Positions 36,104 through 49,410 of a stretch of 64,000 nt of DNA are shown in pieces; the stretch's first letter is position 1; each line of letters begins with the position of its first letter. Origin of the DNA: Octopus sinensis (Eukaryota). The stretch is taken from positions 54,250,001 through 54,314,000 of the forward strand of contig NC_043002.1 in assembly GCF_006345805.1 (NCBI RefSeq), written 5' to 3'. Below the pieces are notes generated by a model. That model was not told the origin of the DNA. It ran no database searches and saw nothing but the letters and a program-made list of their open reading frames with translations. Both the position numbers and the translations under genes were made by a program.

Positions 36104-36268
36104 GACGGGCTTCTTTCAGTGTCCATCCACCAAATCCACTGACAAGGCTTTGGTCGGCCCGAGGCTATAGTAGAAGACACTTGCCCAAGGTGCCACGCAG
36201 TGGGACTGAACCCGGAACCATGTGGTTCGTAAGCAAGCTACTTACTACACAACCACTCCTAAGCCTAT
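35875..36268 (-). mobile_element. tRNA-derived SINE with internal (TA)n
   Basis: Minus strand begins AGGAGTGGTTGTGTAGTAAG..., with B-box GGTTCAGTCCC; same family at 45722-46092 and 49027-49410. Confidence 0.8.
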
Positions 36269-36529
36269 GTAAAACGTAATGACAGACGAACTACAGTTAC
36301 GCATTTCACCCGGTGTGCTAATGTTTCTACCAGCTCTAAGTGAAATTAATTGTTCCAATTTTGACATATCAACAGTACTTTATATTGATGAAATGCAAAA
36401 TCCAATAACAATATGACCTCGGTAGTGTAAGGAAAAAAAGTAAATCATTTAACATCACTCTACAACTTTGATCTAATCCAAAATATTTCCTTAAAATGTG
36501 TATTTATATAAATATATACAAAATAAAAT

Positions 36530-36757
36530 GCACCATCCGATTGTAGTCATTGCCAGCGTCGTCTGGCTGCCGTGCAGGTGGCACATAAAAAGCACCCACT
36601 ACACTCACGGAGTGGTTGGCGTTAGGAAGGGCATCCAGCCGTAGAAGCACTGCCAGATCAGACTGGGCCTGGCGCAGTCTTCTGGCTTCCCAGACCCCAG
36701 TTGAACCGTCCAACCCATGCTAGCATGGAAAACGGACGTTAAACGATGATGATGATG
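36530..36757 (+). mobile_element. SINE with (GAT)n tail
   Basis: Same family as 21475-21629. Confidence 0.75.
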
Positions 36758-36836
36758 AAATAACACACACTTGTATACATATTACAAGAAAATTTTAGAA
36801 GTATTTGCAAATCTGAAGAAGAAAAACTGTCCTTAC

Positions 36837-38091
36837 CATCAATACAATGACCTCCATTTGTGCGTGATGTGAAGAGAGATTGTAAACTACTGCGCCGGGA
36901 GACATGAGCATATGTGCGCATTGATGCAGGTGACTGAAAATCTTTAACAGGCGAAATACAAAAAGACTTTGTTCCAAAATCCTTTGCAGCAGGTACATTG
37001 TCAGTGACCAAAGATGTATTTGGCGTTGAGGTGTCTGTAGTGAGAAATTTTGGCAACATGAGCGCTGGAGGAGATGTGTCTGGCTTTTCAGGAACTGGTT
37101 GCTTCAAAGGTTTCAAATAACGTTTCACACTGCCAGCATACAAGAAGTCCATGAAACCCTTCGAAGGAGTTTCCTTGTTCTCTTTTAACTTTCCACTTTG
37201 ATCAGTCTTTACTTTTTTCTTTTTAGTGATAGGTACAGGATAGGTGAAAAGATCAATGTGGTTGTTAGTGTCTCCAACAGGTGGAGGATTGTTTAAAATC
37301 AATCCAAGATTATCACACTCAACAATCTGCTTTTTACTGGAACTTGATCCAGGAAACTGGGGCTTCTTAGCACCAATTTTCTTATCAGAATATTCAGAAG
37401 CAGTGTTTTTTAAAGCGGGAGGTAGACATTTGGGCAACACTGTTTGCTGCACCTTTCGTGGTGGTCCCTCCATTGGTGACCGTTTCAACTGCGTATACTT
37501 TGTTGGTACCACATTTAAGCCAGGCCAAATAGAACCTGATTCAGCAGTAACAGTCATAGCACCCTGCCGATTTGAACTAGGGTTAATTTTTGATACAATT
37601 TTATTTTCTAGGTGTTTCTTTGACTTTTCTTTCTCTATTTCCCTAAAACTGACAGCCCCATTAAGTAGCTGGTCTTCAGGTGTGACAGACATTTTATCAA
37701 CCACAGGAACTTTGCATTTCTCACTTTGATCCCAGTTTCCATTTACTGGAACAGCTTTATTTACAGCAATATGCTTACCAAGGTTTTTTTTGCTTGGTTG
37801 TACTGTCTTAGTGGTTTTATTCACTTTTGCCTTATTTGAGCCTGTGGAAACTTTTTTCTTTTTGTCATTGAAAACAGCTTTTATTGCTGCTATTTTCTTC
37901 ACAGATAATTTTTTGTCCATTGAACTTTGGAGTCCACTGTAAGTATTTCGTCGGGAAGTAGATTTTCTACCTGAACCTTTTGATGATCCCACTTGAAATT
38001 CTTCAAAGTCATATACATTTTTACTGGAGTCCAATTCATCGGTCACAAGTAGAAGAGATTTGTCCCAGTCACTTTCAGCAGAACCAGATGC
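36837..38091 (-). CDS. CDCA5: Sororin/CDCA5 homolog, large internal exon (contains KEN box at 37177-37185 and RTYAHVSRR)
   Basis: Lies within the 474-aa ORF; acceptor TTTTCAAG|GCA (phase 0, matches upstream donor) and donor GATG|GTAAGG (phase 1); low-complexity K/S/P-rich. Confidence 0.8.
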
Positions 38092-41000
38092 CTTGAAAAT
38101 AAAGAACAGACAGTTTTTGAGATACAATCTAATTCTTACAAGTTTCTTAAATTCTTTACACATGCATATAAATACGGGACAGATGAAGAAATGATATTAT
38201 CAAAGAAAAAAAAAGGGTTTTTGTTTCAAGATTCAATACACTTAAGGAAACTTAACTGTAAGTATATATTGTGTACGTATTGTTTTATCTGGAGGAAAGG
38301 CAATGCCCATGACCCTTAGGCCTGGTCTAAATGCTTGCAACAGAGTTGACTCAGGCACCCAAGGATTGAATGGTTAAATCAAGCAATATATTAACATAAT
38401 CGATGGCATACTAAGACGCACCCCAATTCAGGGTCAATAAAATAACTACCAGTTGAGCACTGGGGCCAATGCAATCGACTTACCCTCTTCCCCAGAATTG
38501 CTGGCCTTCTACCAAAATTTGAAAATAATATAAACAAGAGGACTCAAAGAGCACAAACCTCTGCCAAGGCAACACCAATGTCCTCACAATGATTAGCCGG
38601 AGATGACTTTTAAAATGAGAATATCTAAAATAAACTCAACTGCTCTCAAAAACGAGAATACTATAAACGAACCAGATCGCTCTCAAAAATTAAGTAAAAA
38701 CAAAAAAAAGGAAAAATAATCCAGAATCCTTGTTTGGTACCTGATCAATCCCAATGGTAGTCATGGAATGTGGGTGTGCGGGCTGTGTTTGTAATGCTGT
38801 GTGTGTGTCGTATGAAGGCTTTTTTTAGTCTAACCATTGACATAATGTTTTTATGACCATTAAGGTCTATAGTGAAAAATTTAGATGTACTTGTAAGAAA
38901 ATGGAAAGGACCTGCACACAGTGCTGCTAACAGAGTTTAACAACATCATTGCACACAAAAATGTGAGTCCAAGAAATAAAGCTTCTTTCAAGGCAGAACT
39001 AGAAAAGCAATTGTCAAGTAAGTAAGAGGTTTTAAACAGGAGCAATATATTCAAATTGGTAAAACAAAAAATTGTCATGGATAAATTAAATTTATTATTG
39101 TTACTGAATGTTAGTGTTATTTAATTTCTGAACGGTTTTGCTGTCGTTTATGTATGTAGTTTGATTACTTTATCCATCAGTTTCTACTAAGAGACACAAG
39201 TTAATAATAGAGAAACGAAAATAAAACTTAACGCCACCATAACTTACATGGAAACCATGAGCATGCTTTCAAGGGAGATAATCAGTGAAAGACTTGAAAG
39301 TCAATGTAAGATCTTAATACTTCATGTAAAGTAAACATAACAAATAATCCAGAATTCTTGTCTAGTACTGGATCAATCCCCAAATCTAATCACTTTGTGC
39401 CAGTCACAAGACCAAACATCCCTAAAAGTTTCATCTGAATCCATCTGGTGGTTCTTGAGATATCTTGTCCACGGACAAACAAACAAACACAACTGAAAAC
39501 AATACCTCCGCCTTCACTAATGCAGAGCTAATAATTTTATAGCATAATACTTTTGCATTGTTTCTTTTTGAAAAGAAACAAAAGAATTGGCTCTACTACT
39601 TTATGCTTCTATAACTTAATTAACCAAAACAGATTGCTCACAACTATCAGTTCTTAAATGAGTTTCATTTGGGTTGACAACACTTCATAGCAACTTACAG
39701 GTTTTATACATTCTTCCTAATACATCATTTAGCATTCACTTTTCCATGCTTACATGGGTCAGATAGAATTTGTTGAGGCAGATTTTTTTATGACCATATA
39801 CCTTTCCTGTCTGCAGCCTTCATCTGTTTCCAAACAAAGTAATATTTTCCCATAACTAGATGTTTCCCATGAATGACTAGAAACGAACAACCTCACTCAC
39901 ACCATGATGCTCATTTATAACCATCTAGATAAGAATATACACAAACACATACACATGACAGGCTTCCTTTATTTTACATCTGCCATATCCACTCACAAAG
40001 TTTTGGTCAGCACAGGACTATAAGAGATACATGCCCATGACATCAAGGAGTGAGACAGAACCTAAAACCTGCCTGCACCTATTCTTCCTACTATAGTTAC
40101 AATTAAAAAATACTTTTGCTATTATCTATAAAGTATATTTTAAATACAAGATACAATTAACTTATATATAGTTATTAATTCAGATGATGTCTTCTTTGTT
40201 GCGGTCACTAGAGTGGGGCCATACTGGGACACTGCACTGCACAATTCAAACAAATCTACCCTAGTATTTATTTTTAAGTCAAGTACTTTTCCTATTGGTC
40301 TCATCTTGCCAAAGTGCTAAGTTATGGGGATGTAAACCAACTAACACCTATTGTCCACATAATACACACACAAAAAATTTCCACAGTTCCTGTCTAGCAA
40401 ATTTACTCGCAAGTATCTTCTATGATATGGGGCTGCAGTAAAAGACACACAGGTGCTACACAGTGAGAATGAACTCAAAACTATCTGATTGTGAAATGAA
40501 CTTCTTAAACACATAACCAAAAGCAGAAAGAAATATAGCATCTATAAAAATATTCCATTATCTATTTAATGTATCAAATACATTATTTGGGAGAGTTGCA
40601 AAGTTCACTTTTTAATGTATTACATATATAAAAGATTATTAAAATAAGCTTTCTGATAATGTCATTAATATATTCAAAACATACATCCCCAAGTGGCAAT
40701 CAATGTCCTAAGAGATAGTTTAGTACATCAACAAAAAAAGTGGGGGAGGGAGGTAAAAATCCCCTTCAGTCATGAATGACCATGGAATTGCTCCCCTCCA
40801 ACGTGAAAGTCTGGGCAAGGTTGTTTATGGAAGACCAGCAGTCACCCATACATACCAGCCTCCTCTCTCCATGCCACCAACATTATCCAAGGGAAAGGCT
40901 GATACAGTTTGTCACCAGTGATGTCGCAACATATTTTTTCTACAGTTGAGTAAACTGGAGCAAAGTGACACACACAGCCTGACCTGGGAATTAAACTCAC

Positions 41001-41095
41001 AACCTCATGATTGTGAGCCCGGCACTAACCACTGAGCTATGTGCCTTCACACCAAGACACATGGCAACATCAAGTACACTTCATAAAATACTTAC

Positions 41096-42244
41096 TTTTT
41101 TCGACAAGGATTTCTTTGTGGTTTTCCTTTTTGTATTCTTTGAAGTACAGTTAGAACTTTCAGTAGACATTTTCTGGTTTCCTTGTAATTTTTTCTCAGC
41201 AGAAGCAGTGTTCAGAGAACCACCTAGATTTGGTTTCCCTTTCTCCACAGCATCACTGCTGTTGACTGATGAAGTAGAAGAATCAGTCTTTATGTTAGAA
41301 CTGGATGATTTTAATCCACTGGCCCCTTCAGTAGACACCTCAGCAACAATTTCAGCAATTGTTAAACCAGAATTTTTTCTTCTTGATACTGGGGCTTTAG
41401 AGCTGGTTTGTATTTGAGTATTTGTTGAAGTTCTGAGAGACTTTCTAACAGTCATTTCAGGGGCTTTTTTCGTTGATGCAATGTCATCAGGGACTTTAGA
41501 ACTGTTATTCTTTATTCTGCTAACTCTAGTTTGTTTTGAAGCCACACTTTTGCTGATGGCACAATCGTCGTTCACAACCGATTCTAAAACTTCAGCAACA
41601 GGAAACAATTTTTTATCTTTGGAATTGTTGCTAAGTTCATTAAGAATTTGTTCTGCTACCTGTTCACCAACCTGCTGTTTGGTACTTGAACGCCTTGAGC
41701 CAAGGGGTTTTTCTGTTAGCTTCAATTTCTTACTAAGATCCTTAGGCACAGGCTGTACTTGTGAGCACTTCCTAGATCTGCTATAGAATGACTTGGGAGA
41801 AATTCCAGCCACAGCATCATCAGTTTCCTTCAAATCTTCATCATTTTCATTCAAAGGAATTGTCTTCTTAGCCTGAGTTACACGGCTTGGAACATTAGAT
41901 GATGTGCTATCACCCTTACCAACAGATTTAACAGATCTACTTGACCTTCTCTTACTGTAAAACATTTTGGGGGATAATTCAGAAGTAACTTCCTTGGGCA
42001 TGTCTGTATTTAAAATGGCCATTGTAGAACTCGCTTTGGTTGTCTTGTTTTGAGTTATCTCAGAAATATTTGACTGAATTTTGCGAATCCTACTACTACG
42101 CTTTACAACTTGAGGTTTCTCTGTTTTGGGACTATCTGCATCCAGAACAATGTCGGGTGATCCCTTCAGAGTTTTCAACTTTTGTGTGACCGGTGTTTCT
42201 TTCTTCCGACCCATATCTTGAAATGATTCAGCAATAAAAGAATT
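41096..42244 (-). CDS. CDCA5: Sororin/CDCA5 homolog, first coding exon (ATG at 42214; SFYSR at 41777-41785)
   Basis: 377-aa ORF; acceptor CCATTTTAG at 42245; donor AAAAA|GTAAGT at 41095 in phase 0; many S/T-P-x-K sites. Confidence 0.8.
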
Positions 42245-45033
42245 CTAAAATGGAGAAGAAGAAAGATAAAATGAGAATGATATAGCAGACAGAAAATTAA
42301 AGCACATTAAAAAAAAAAAAATACATAAAAGGAAAAATTTCAACTACACCCATCAAAAATGAGAGTAGAAAAATTCATGTGGTAGCTTGACCTGCTAGAA
42401 ATAGGAGCAAAATCTATTTTTCAAAAAATAAAAGATGGCTGGAATGCTTTTGATCACAAGTCTAATCAATCAGGGTTGACCTGGAGATAAACAACAGCTA
42501 GAATACCTACAGCAAAATTTAAACAATTAACAAGTCAAAATTTTATACTGAAATGAGAAATGACATTTACTAGTGCTATAAAAAAAGGACTTGGTACATT
42601 CTATCAAGTGGTTGGTTTATGGAAAAGCATGTAGTCACAGAAGCACTGCAGAAATTTGGTCATCAGACCTATGAAAATGTCCAACCTATGCCAGCATGGA
42701 AAGCTAATGTAACAACAGTGACCACAAAAACAATGAAGGTTTCCAGAATAAAAACCAGCAGTAAAAAGCACAATAAACATACATATTACCACAGCCAATC
42801 TCAGTGACAAAAACATCAGGTTATAGGCCTCTATTGCAACACTATCATAAATGTCGTTATTGGGAGAACTCGTCAATGTACTCAACACCTGGTTTGCAAA
42901 TCGTACATATTAACAAAAAACTACATCACAGATAAATTCCTTTAACATCCAAACCAACACAAGTCGCTAAGCCAACTGAAATCACATTGTTCCCCCAATT
43001 TCCCTCAGACCACCTATCAATTTACAATACACACACATCAATGAAGGAAAAAACAGCTGACATTTTCAAGCTTCAAAAACAAAATCTAATGGAACAAATT
43101 CCAAGAAACAAACTCAGGCTTTTCTGAATTTAGCAGTATCATAATCAGTAACAGACGTTGTACTACAAAAATTACAGACCCATCTAAAATATACTGCACA
43201 AGGCAATATGAAAAAAAAATACAATTCCAAATAGTGTGGCTTTGTGGCTGGTCTTGGGTTTAGTCTTATTGTGTAACACCCTGGGCAAGAGTCTTCTTCA
43301 AAGCCTTGTGTGTGGATTCGGTAGGTTGTCATAGATGTTTGTCTCCCACCTATTGTATAGTGAGAATTGTGTTTTCAACTTTTACTTTGCAAAGGGTTTT
43401 TAAACCCAATATTTACTTGCTATTATGTATAGCTTTATCTACTTCAAGATTCACCATTCCAAAAAAGAATTATGTTTTCAAAGTTATTAAGTTCTTATGG
43501 AATCAACTATTATAAATATATATATATATATATAATCATCATTAACAACACTTTCCATGCTGGCATGGGTTGGACAGTTTGACAGGGGCTGGCTAGGCAG
43601 AAGACTGCACCAAGCTTCACTGTCTTTTTGCATACATACACGTTTGTGTATATATGCATGGGTGCCACTTTAGCATGCAGTCTAACCTGATTATTTACAG
43701 CTCTCCATGCAATCTAACACTAACCTTACCCTAAACCTAACCAAGACCAAGTCATTTCACAACGTAAAATATGGATACTGTGATAGGCCACATGCTAAAA
43801 TAATAACTAAATATGCAATACAGAACCACACCAATGATTAGGAAAAATTAAGGGGACTGTTGTATTCATACCTAACTGCCTTAGGCCCATGCAAAGTACT
43901 GCAATGTCAACTGGATTCTTCAATGACCTGCAATCAAAAATAAAGCAGCTGCTGTGAAAAGGATCTACATGATCAAAGGAAACTTCAATGCTAAATGAAA
44001 TGATAGGGACAAAACATGGAATCAATGCAGCAGTCTAAATTAAGAGATCCTGGAGTAAATTTATTGATTCCTAACAACATTATAGACATTTAAATATATG
44101 TTGTGATTGAATTATTTGATATTACCCATCCACACCAAATTAATGGCAGGGAATTTTACCATCTTGTTGGTTGCACCATGGCTAGCTAAAAGTTACAAAC
44201 AATGAGATGCCAAAACCATCAGTTACCAGGCTCACCTTAAGTAACCTAGATTTTGAGTTGGTGATAATAGCACTGATTGCTGCTAATCTAGATCTATCAA
44301 TAATTATTCAATACAACAGTAATTATAGAAGTATATCAGATATACACAAGTTAAAATTACCTACATCCCATTAATATAGATTTATGAAAAATCCTTTTTA
44401 ATTAATTTTGAAATTTAAAAAGTAAATTTAGAATATAAGCACTTTTAACCAATGCCCTTTCTGGACAGCTTTACTACGTGCCTTCAGGTCTGCCCATAGA
44501 GACACAGCCAAAAATGACTATATTCCTGTCCCAATAAATTTAGATGCACATATCTGAAGCATATAACACATTAATCAACTAGCCTGATTAAATAATTAAC
44601 TAAAAAGAAAAGGAAAGCAACTATAAAGGAAAAGCAAAAAAGCTGAAAGAGAAAAATAATAATTAAAGTTAAACTTACCCTAATTCAACAGCATATTAAA
44701 AATAACTTCATTATATACTTATATTCTTATAACATTATTGCTCAGAGCGTTACTTACTTCCTCAATTACTGACTTGAAATTTCATGACATTTTACCATAT
44801 AACTTTTTTTCTACTAATTTTTGTTCAATGCAACTAACGATTCTGAATTCCTCATGCATTTTTCTATCATTTAAACCTAAGAATAGTATACTTTTATTTT
44901 AAAATTAAAAAATTTATGTTAATTGAAGATGAATAGGTGCCTTACTGCCCACCTTTAGACCCTCATATTTTGATGTAACTTTTTTTCTCAAACTATTTAT
45001 GCCAAAGTGTAGCTAAAGAGGTGTCCTCTTTAA

Positions 45034-46593
45034 CCATTTTGATACTAACCCGACTGTAGCCGTCCGAAAAATTTTTTGGCTCATAACACCAACCCGGCCG
45101 TAGCCAGCCAAGAGTACCCATTGTTATTTAAATGTGAATTTAAGCACAAATCTCAGTACATTTGTGAAAATATGTGATTTCACTTTGTAAATAGTTGAGT
45201 TATAGTATCTGATTATTGCTTGACATGATATCTGAACTCAGTGAATTTTGGGAGATTTTTTTCGGCGTCGATTTTTTTTCAGCTTTGAAAATGGATAGGA
45301 GTTTCATGCTATCAAGCAGTGATTCCAAATTTAAAGGATTTTCAACGGAAAATATGGAGATATCGAGAAAAAGAATGAATGAGCTACAAAAGCACGTGGT
45401 GTACGAGAATGAATAGGATATTTCTGTATCTGAAACTGAAAGCAGCGATAGCAACAGCAAAGACGATTTTACATCGGAATGAAGTAAAAACTTTTAAAAT
45501 GTTTTTATTAGCAATTTTTCTGAAGAGATGGGGTCTATCCATAGTCTTTCTTAGGAAGCAAAACCGTTGGACTTTTACTTTTTTACAGTATGCTTGTTTG
45601 AAGCTATCACTGAGGAAACAAACTATTACGCAGAATGTAAACAAACAGTATATGCCAGAAAAGGCCACGAAATGGGGAATCAAAGTTTGGAAAATTTGTG
45701 GAGCAAATACTGAGTATACTCTTTTACTTGTTTCAGTCATTTGACTGCGGCCATGCTGGAGCACCGCCTTTAGTCGGGCAAATCGACCCCAGGACTTATT
45801 TTTTGTAAGCCTAGTACTTATGCTATCGGTGTCTTTTGCCGAACCGCTAAGTTATGGGGATGTAAACACACCAGCATCGGTTGTCAAGCGATGTTGGGAG
45901 GACAAACAGACACGCAAACATATACACACACATACATATATATACACATATATACGACAGGCTTCTTTCAGTTTCCGTCTACCAAATCCACTCACAAGGC
46001 TTTGGTCGGCCCAAGGCTATAGTAGAAGACACTTGCCCAAGGTGCCACGCAGTGGGACTGAACCCAGAACCATGTGGTTGATAAGCAAGCTACTTACCAC
46101 ACAGAGTTTTTATACAGGGAAAATAATGTTAGTCAGCATGGCCTAGGGTATGATGTGGTCTGGAATTTATCACTTCCATACCATAACCAGGGCCATATAT
46201 TATTTTTTGACCGATTTTTTTTTACTTCGGTCAAACTTGCAGTGGATTTAGGTGGATTCCAATATTTCAGTTTATTTCACCTTTATGGTACACCTGTTGT
46301 GCATTAAATTCATCTGGTGATGTGCACAATTTTTCTGTATCAAAATTTTGTTGCATACCCAATTGAATATTAGCTGAGGACTGATTTTCTACGGTGATGT
46401 TTAAACAAAATTTTAATATTTTTACCTTTTGATTAATAACCCTTTCTTTAATTATGTTCCAAATATCACATTAATATGTTAAGTAAAAAAGTTACAGTTA
46501 TTTAATGAAACTAGTCTAAATTCATGATTATTTTAGAATTTAATTGAAACTCATGAGGGGTGTATTTTGGTCAGAAATATAGTAACGAAAGGG
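45034..46593 (+). mobile_element. Non-autonomous piggyBac derivative (copy 2), with a SINE inserted at ~45722-46092
   Basis: TTAA at 45030-45033 and 46594-46597; right TIR TAGTAACGAAAGGG; co-linear with 18670-20132; QYMPEKATKWGIKVWKIC relic. Confidence 0.9.
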
Positions 46594-47556
46594 TTAAAAT
46601 TGTTCACAGTTTCCAATTTAGTTGATAACTGAATTAGTGGTGAAGCTTGGAAGCTGCTGCAATTGGCGAAATGGTGGACTTAAGAATATATTCAACCACC
46701 ACCGTGGTTGAATGATATTTCCGTCCTCTTTTCCCTTCACTGTGCCCATCATTTTTTCTCGCCCCCGCCTTCTTCTGTCCCTCTCTCTTCTCTCCCCACA
46801 TGACCGGTCTTCGGTCAAGCATGACCTTTCTCTCTTGGTTCCGCTGTTGTTCGTGCAACATCATTCTTCCTTGTGCCTGTGAAATCTTGTATCCCTGTCG
46901 TAAGGCTTTACTTCCACACACGCCAGCTTAATTTAATTCATCCTTAGTCGAAAGACACCCATTATATCCTGTTACTTGTATTTGTGTAACTTTCTGTTTT
47001 TTTTCTGTCCTTGTTTTCGTATACATTTGCTGCTTTCTTACAAGGAATCTAATGCTCTTAGCTTAGTTTTTCCTTGGGTCTGGCCAGATTGGAGCAATCT
47101 CGAGAAAATACTAAAATAATTTTATCATGAAGAACATTTTAGTACTGGTTTCAGTCTGAGTGACTTTTTCAACTGAGAGTAAAGCATGAAAAATAATTAA
47201 ATAGTGGAAAAATTAAATGAAATATTTTTTTTTTTTAATATTTCCATAGTTTTCAAATGCAATAGGCATTTTCCTTTTTTCTGTCTGTCTCTCTTTTTAT
47301 TCATGTGAGTTCTAGGAAGTGGGCAGCAGGTAGTAGTGGTTTGACATGAATTCTTGTTTTTTGATTAAGAAGCAGTAGTAGTTGAGAAAGGAAGCAGCAG
47401 TAAAGAAGAAAAAGAGAAAGAAAATGCAGGGGGGGGTAGTATAACAGTTGGTGAAATCCTCTTAAATGGTCAAGTGACCCATTGTGGTTGTAATAGTACT
47501 GATTGGAATTGCTCTGAATAAATTCATGTGAAGTGACTGTGACTGTTTTGAATATA

Positions 47557-47683
47557 CAGGGTGTCCGCAAAGTCTGGGTACATGGGGATTAACACACACT
47601 TAAAGAAATTATTATTTCTTATATTTAATTGTTTATGTTATGATTTTATTTACTCCATGTAACCAGACTTTGTAGACACCCTG
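47557..47683. mobile_element. Tc1/mariner-type MITE
   Basis: TA|CAGGGTGTCCGCAAAGTCTGGGTACATGG ... CCATGTAACCAGACTTTGTAGACACCCTG|TA. Confidence 0.9.
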
Positions 47684-47839
47684 TATATTGGCTGAAATTA
47701 CCCAAATACAACTTTAACACAAAATAACTTAATTGTATTCTACATGGGAAATTCTACCAATATTCAAAATTTCAGACTGTTTAGTTAAAAAAAAAATTAA
47801 TTAAAAAAATCTGTGATTGAAATGGAATAGATCCGAATC

Positions 47840-48806
47840 AAGTTTAAGATAATGGTCATTACATATTTTGCCTTTATTGGAGTAAATTTGGCTTACAGCT
47901 GTTTCCAGTACATTACAGACAGGTTTACTCAACTAGTCTATTGATTAATTGCAGAAAATTGAACGACCTAAGAAAATTCATTCTACTTTCATCAGAGCCA
48001 TTTCCGATTATAACAGCACTAAAGGAATGGCTATTGTATGAGGATGAGGGAAGATGATGGAAAGCTACAAATAGAACAGTGAAAAACAGATTATAAAGGG
48101 AAGAGGAAGGGGATGTCAATAGAGGTAGGGGCATTGAACTGCCAAAATTTGGAAGAGGGACAGTCCTAAAACAGTGCCTGTAGTCAGGTCAGCACATTAC
48201 CATACTGGTTTCAAAATTTGACACAAGGCCAGCTATTTGGGGATAGGGAGTTAGTCGATTACATCAACCCCAGTGTTCAACTGGTACTTATTTTATTGAC
48301 CCCCAAAAGGATGAAAGGCAAAGACAACCTGGATGGAGTTTGAACTCAGAACGCAATGATGGAGGAAATGCCACTAAGCATTTTTCTCCAACATGCAAAC
48401 GGTTCTGCCAGCTTGCTGCCTTAACACACATTACCATAATAGCATTGTATATAAATTAGATGTGATGAAATTTGATATGGGCTTTTTATGGACATGGTCA
48501 GTCTCAGACTGTAATGTTCAGAAGTTGCTAACTAGCATAGTAGGGATATTATATTAGAAAATAAAGGGATATCATTTGTAGTCATATTGTAGAGGTCAGG
48601 AATGCTCTTATTATCCTGGATATAAATACTGATAGATTGAGAGATGTTATTACAAATGGGACGATGTCAAGTAGTTGAAAATTAAATGTAAATTCAGACT
48701 AACCTGGTAAGACTGGTTTTAAAATTTTAAACTAGTAAAAAAGTTTATGAATTGAAATTAGAACTAAAGTTAGTTTCTAGATTTAGCATTAAAGCAAACT
48801 AAGATA
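47840..48806 (-). repeat. Interspersed repeat with hammerhead (paralog at 57535-58247); contains a SINE at 48205-48426
   Basis: Co-linear with 57535-58247. The SINE is flanked by TSD CACATTACCATA (48193-48204 and 48427-48438), and the site is empty in the paralog. Confidence 0.8.
47889..48000 (-). ncRNA. Type-I hammerhead-like motif with long stem II
   Basis: Minus strand reads TGGCT-CTGATGA-A-AGTA...TACT-G-GAAA-CAGCTG-TA-AGCCA; palindromic stem III. Confidence 0.65.
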
Positions 48807-49026
48807 TGAAAGAATTAAAATAAGCTTGTGAGGTAATACGTGATACTAAAACAATAATGATGATGGTGACATGAGCAACATCAACAAGAGGGCAAATTCT
48901 GATCATGCTGTACAAACAAATCCTAAGGTGCCTCAACTGAGGGAAGGATTCAACCAAAAGCCAAATTAAAAGACTGACAACCTGAATAACTGGCCTATAT
49001 AGAGGAAAATCCTGAAACCTATACAA

Positions 49027-49178
49027 GGCGCAAGTGTGGCTGTGAGGTAGGCTTGCTTCCCAACCACATGGTTCCGGTTGCTTGGGACCTTTCTGCAAGT
49101 GTCTGCTACTATAGCCTCGGGCCAGCCAAAGCCTTGTGAGTGAATTTGGTAGACGAAAACTGAAAGAAGCCCGTTGTA

Positions 49179-49221
<43 letters not shown>

Positions 49222-49410
49222 TCGTGTATGTTTGTCCATCTACCATCGCTTGACAACCGATGTTGGTGTGTTTATGTCTCCATAACTTAGCAGTTCGGCA
49301 AAAAGCTAGCGGTAGAAATACTAAGCTTACGAAGAATAAGTCCTCGGCTCGATTTGTTCGAATAAAGGCGGTGCGCAAGCATGCCCGCAGTCAAATGACT
49401 GAAATAAAAA
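49027..49410 (+). mobile_element. tRNA-derived SINE
   Basis: Reverse orientation of the family at 35875-36268. Confidence 0.8.

Noticed and set aside
38092-38163. N-terminal MCKEFKK... of the 474-aa ORF as a start
   Set aside because: It is intronic polypyrimidine sequence upstream of a clear acceptor that is in phase with the upstream exon.
41096-42214. ESCO2, Haspin or WAPL as the identity of the K/S-rich exons
   Set aside because: No acetyltransferase, kinase or WAPL domain exon was found downstream, while a Sororin C-terminal exon was.
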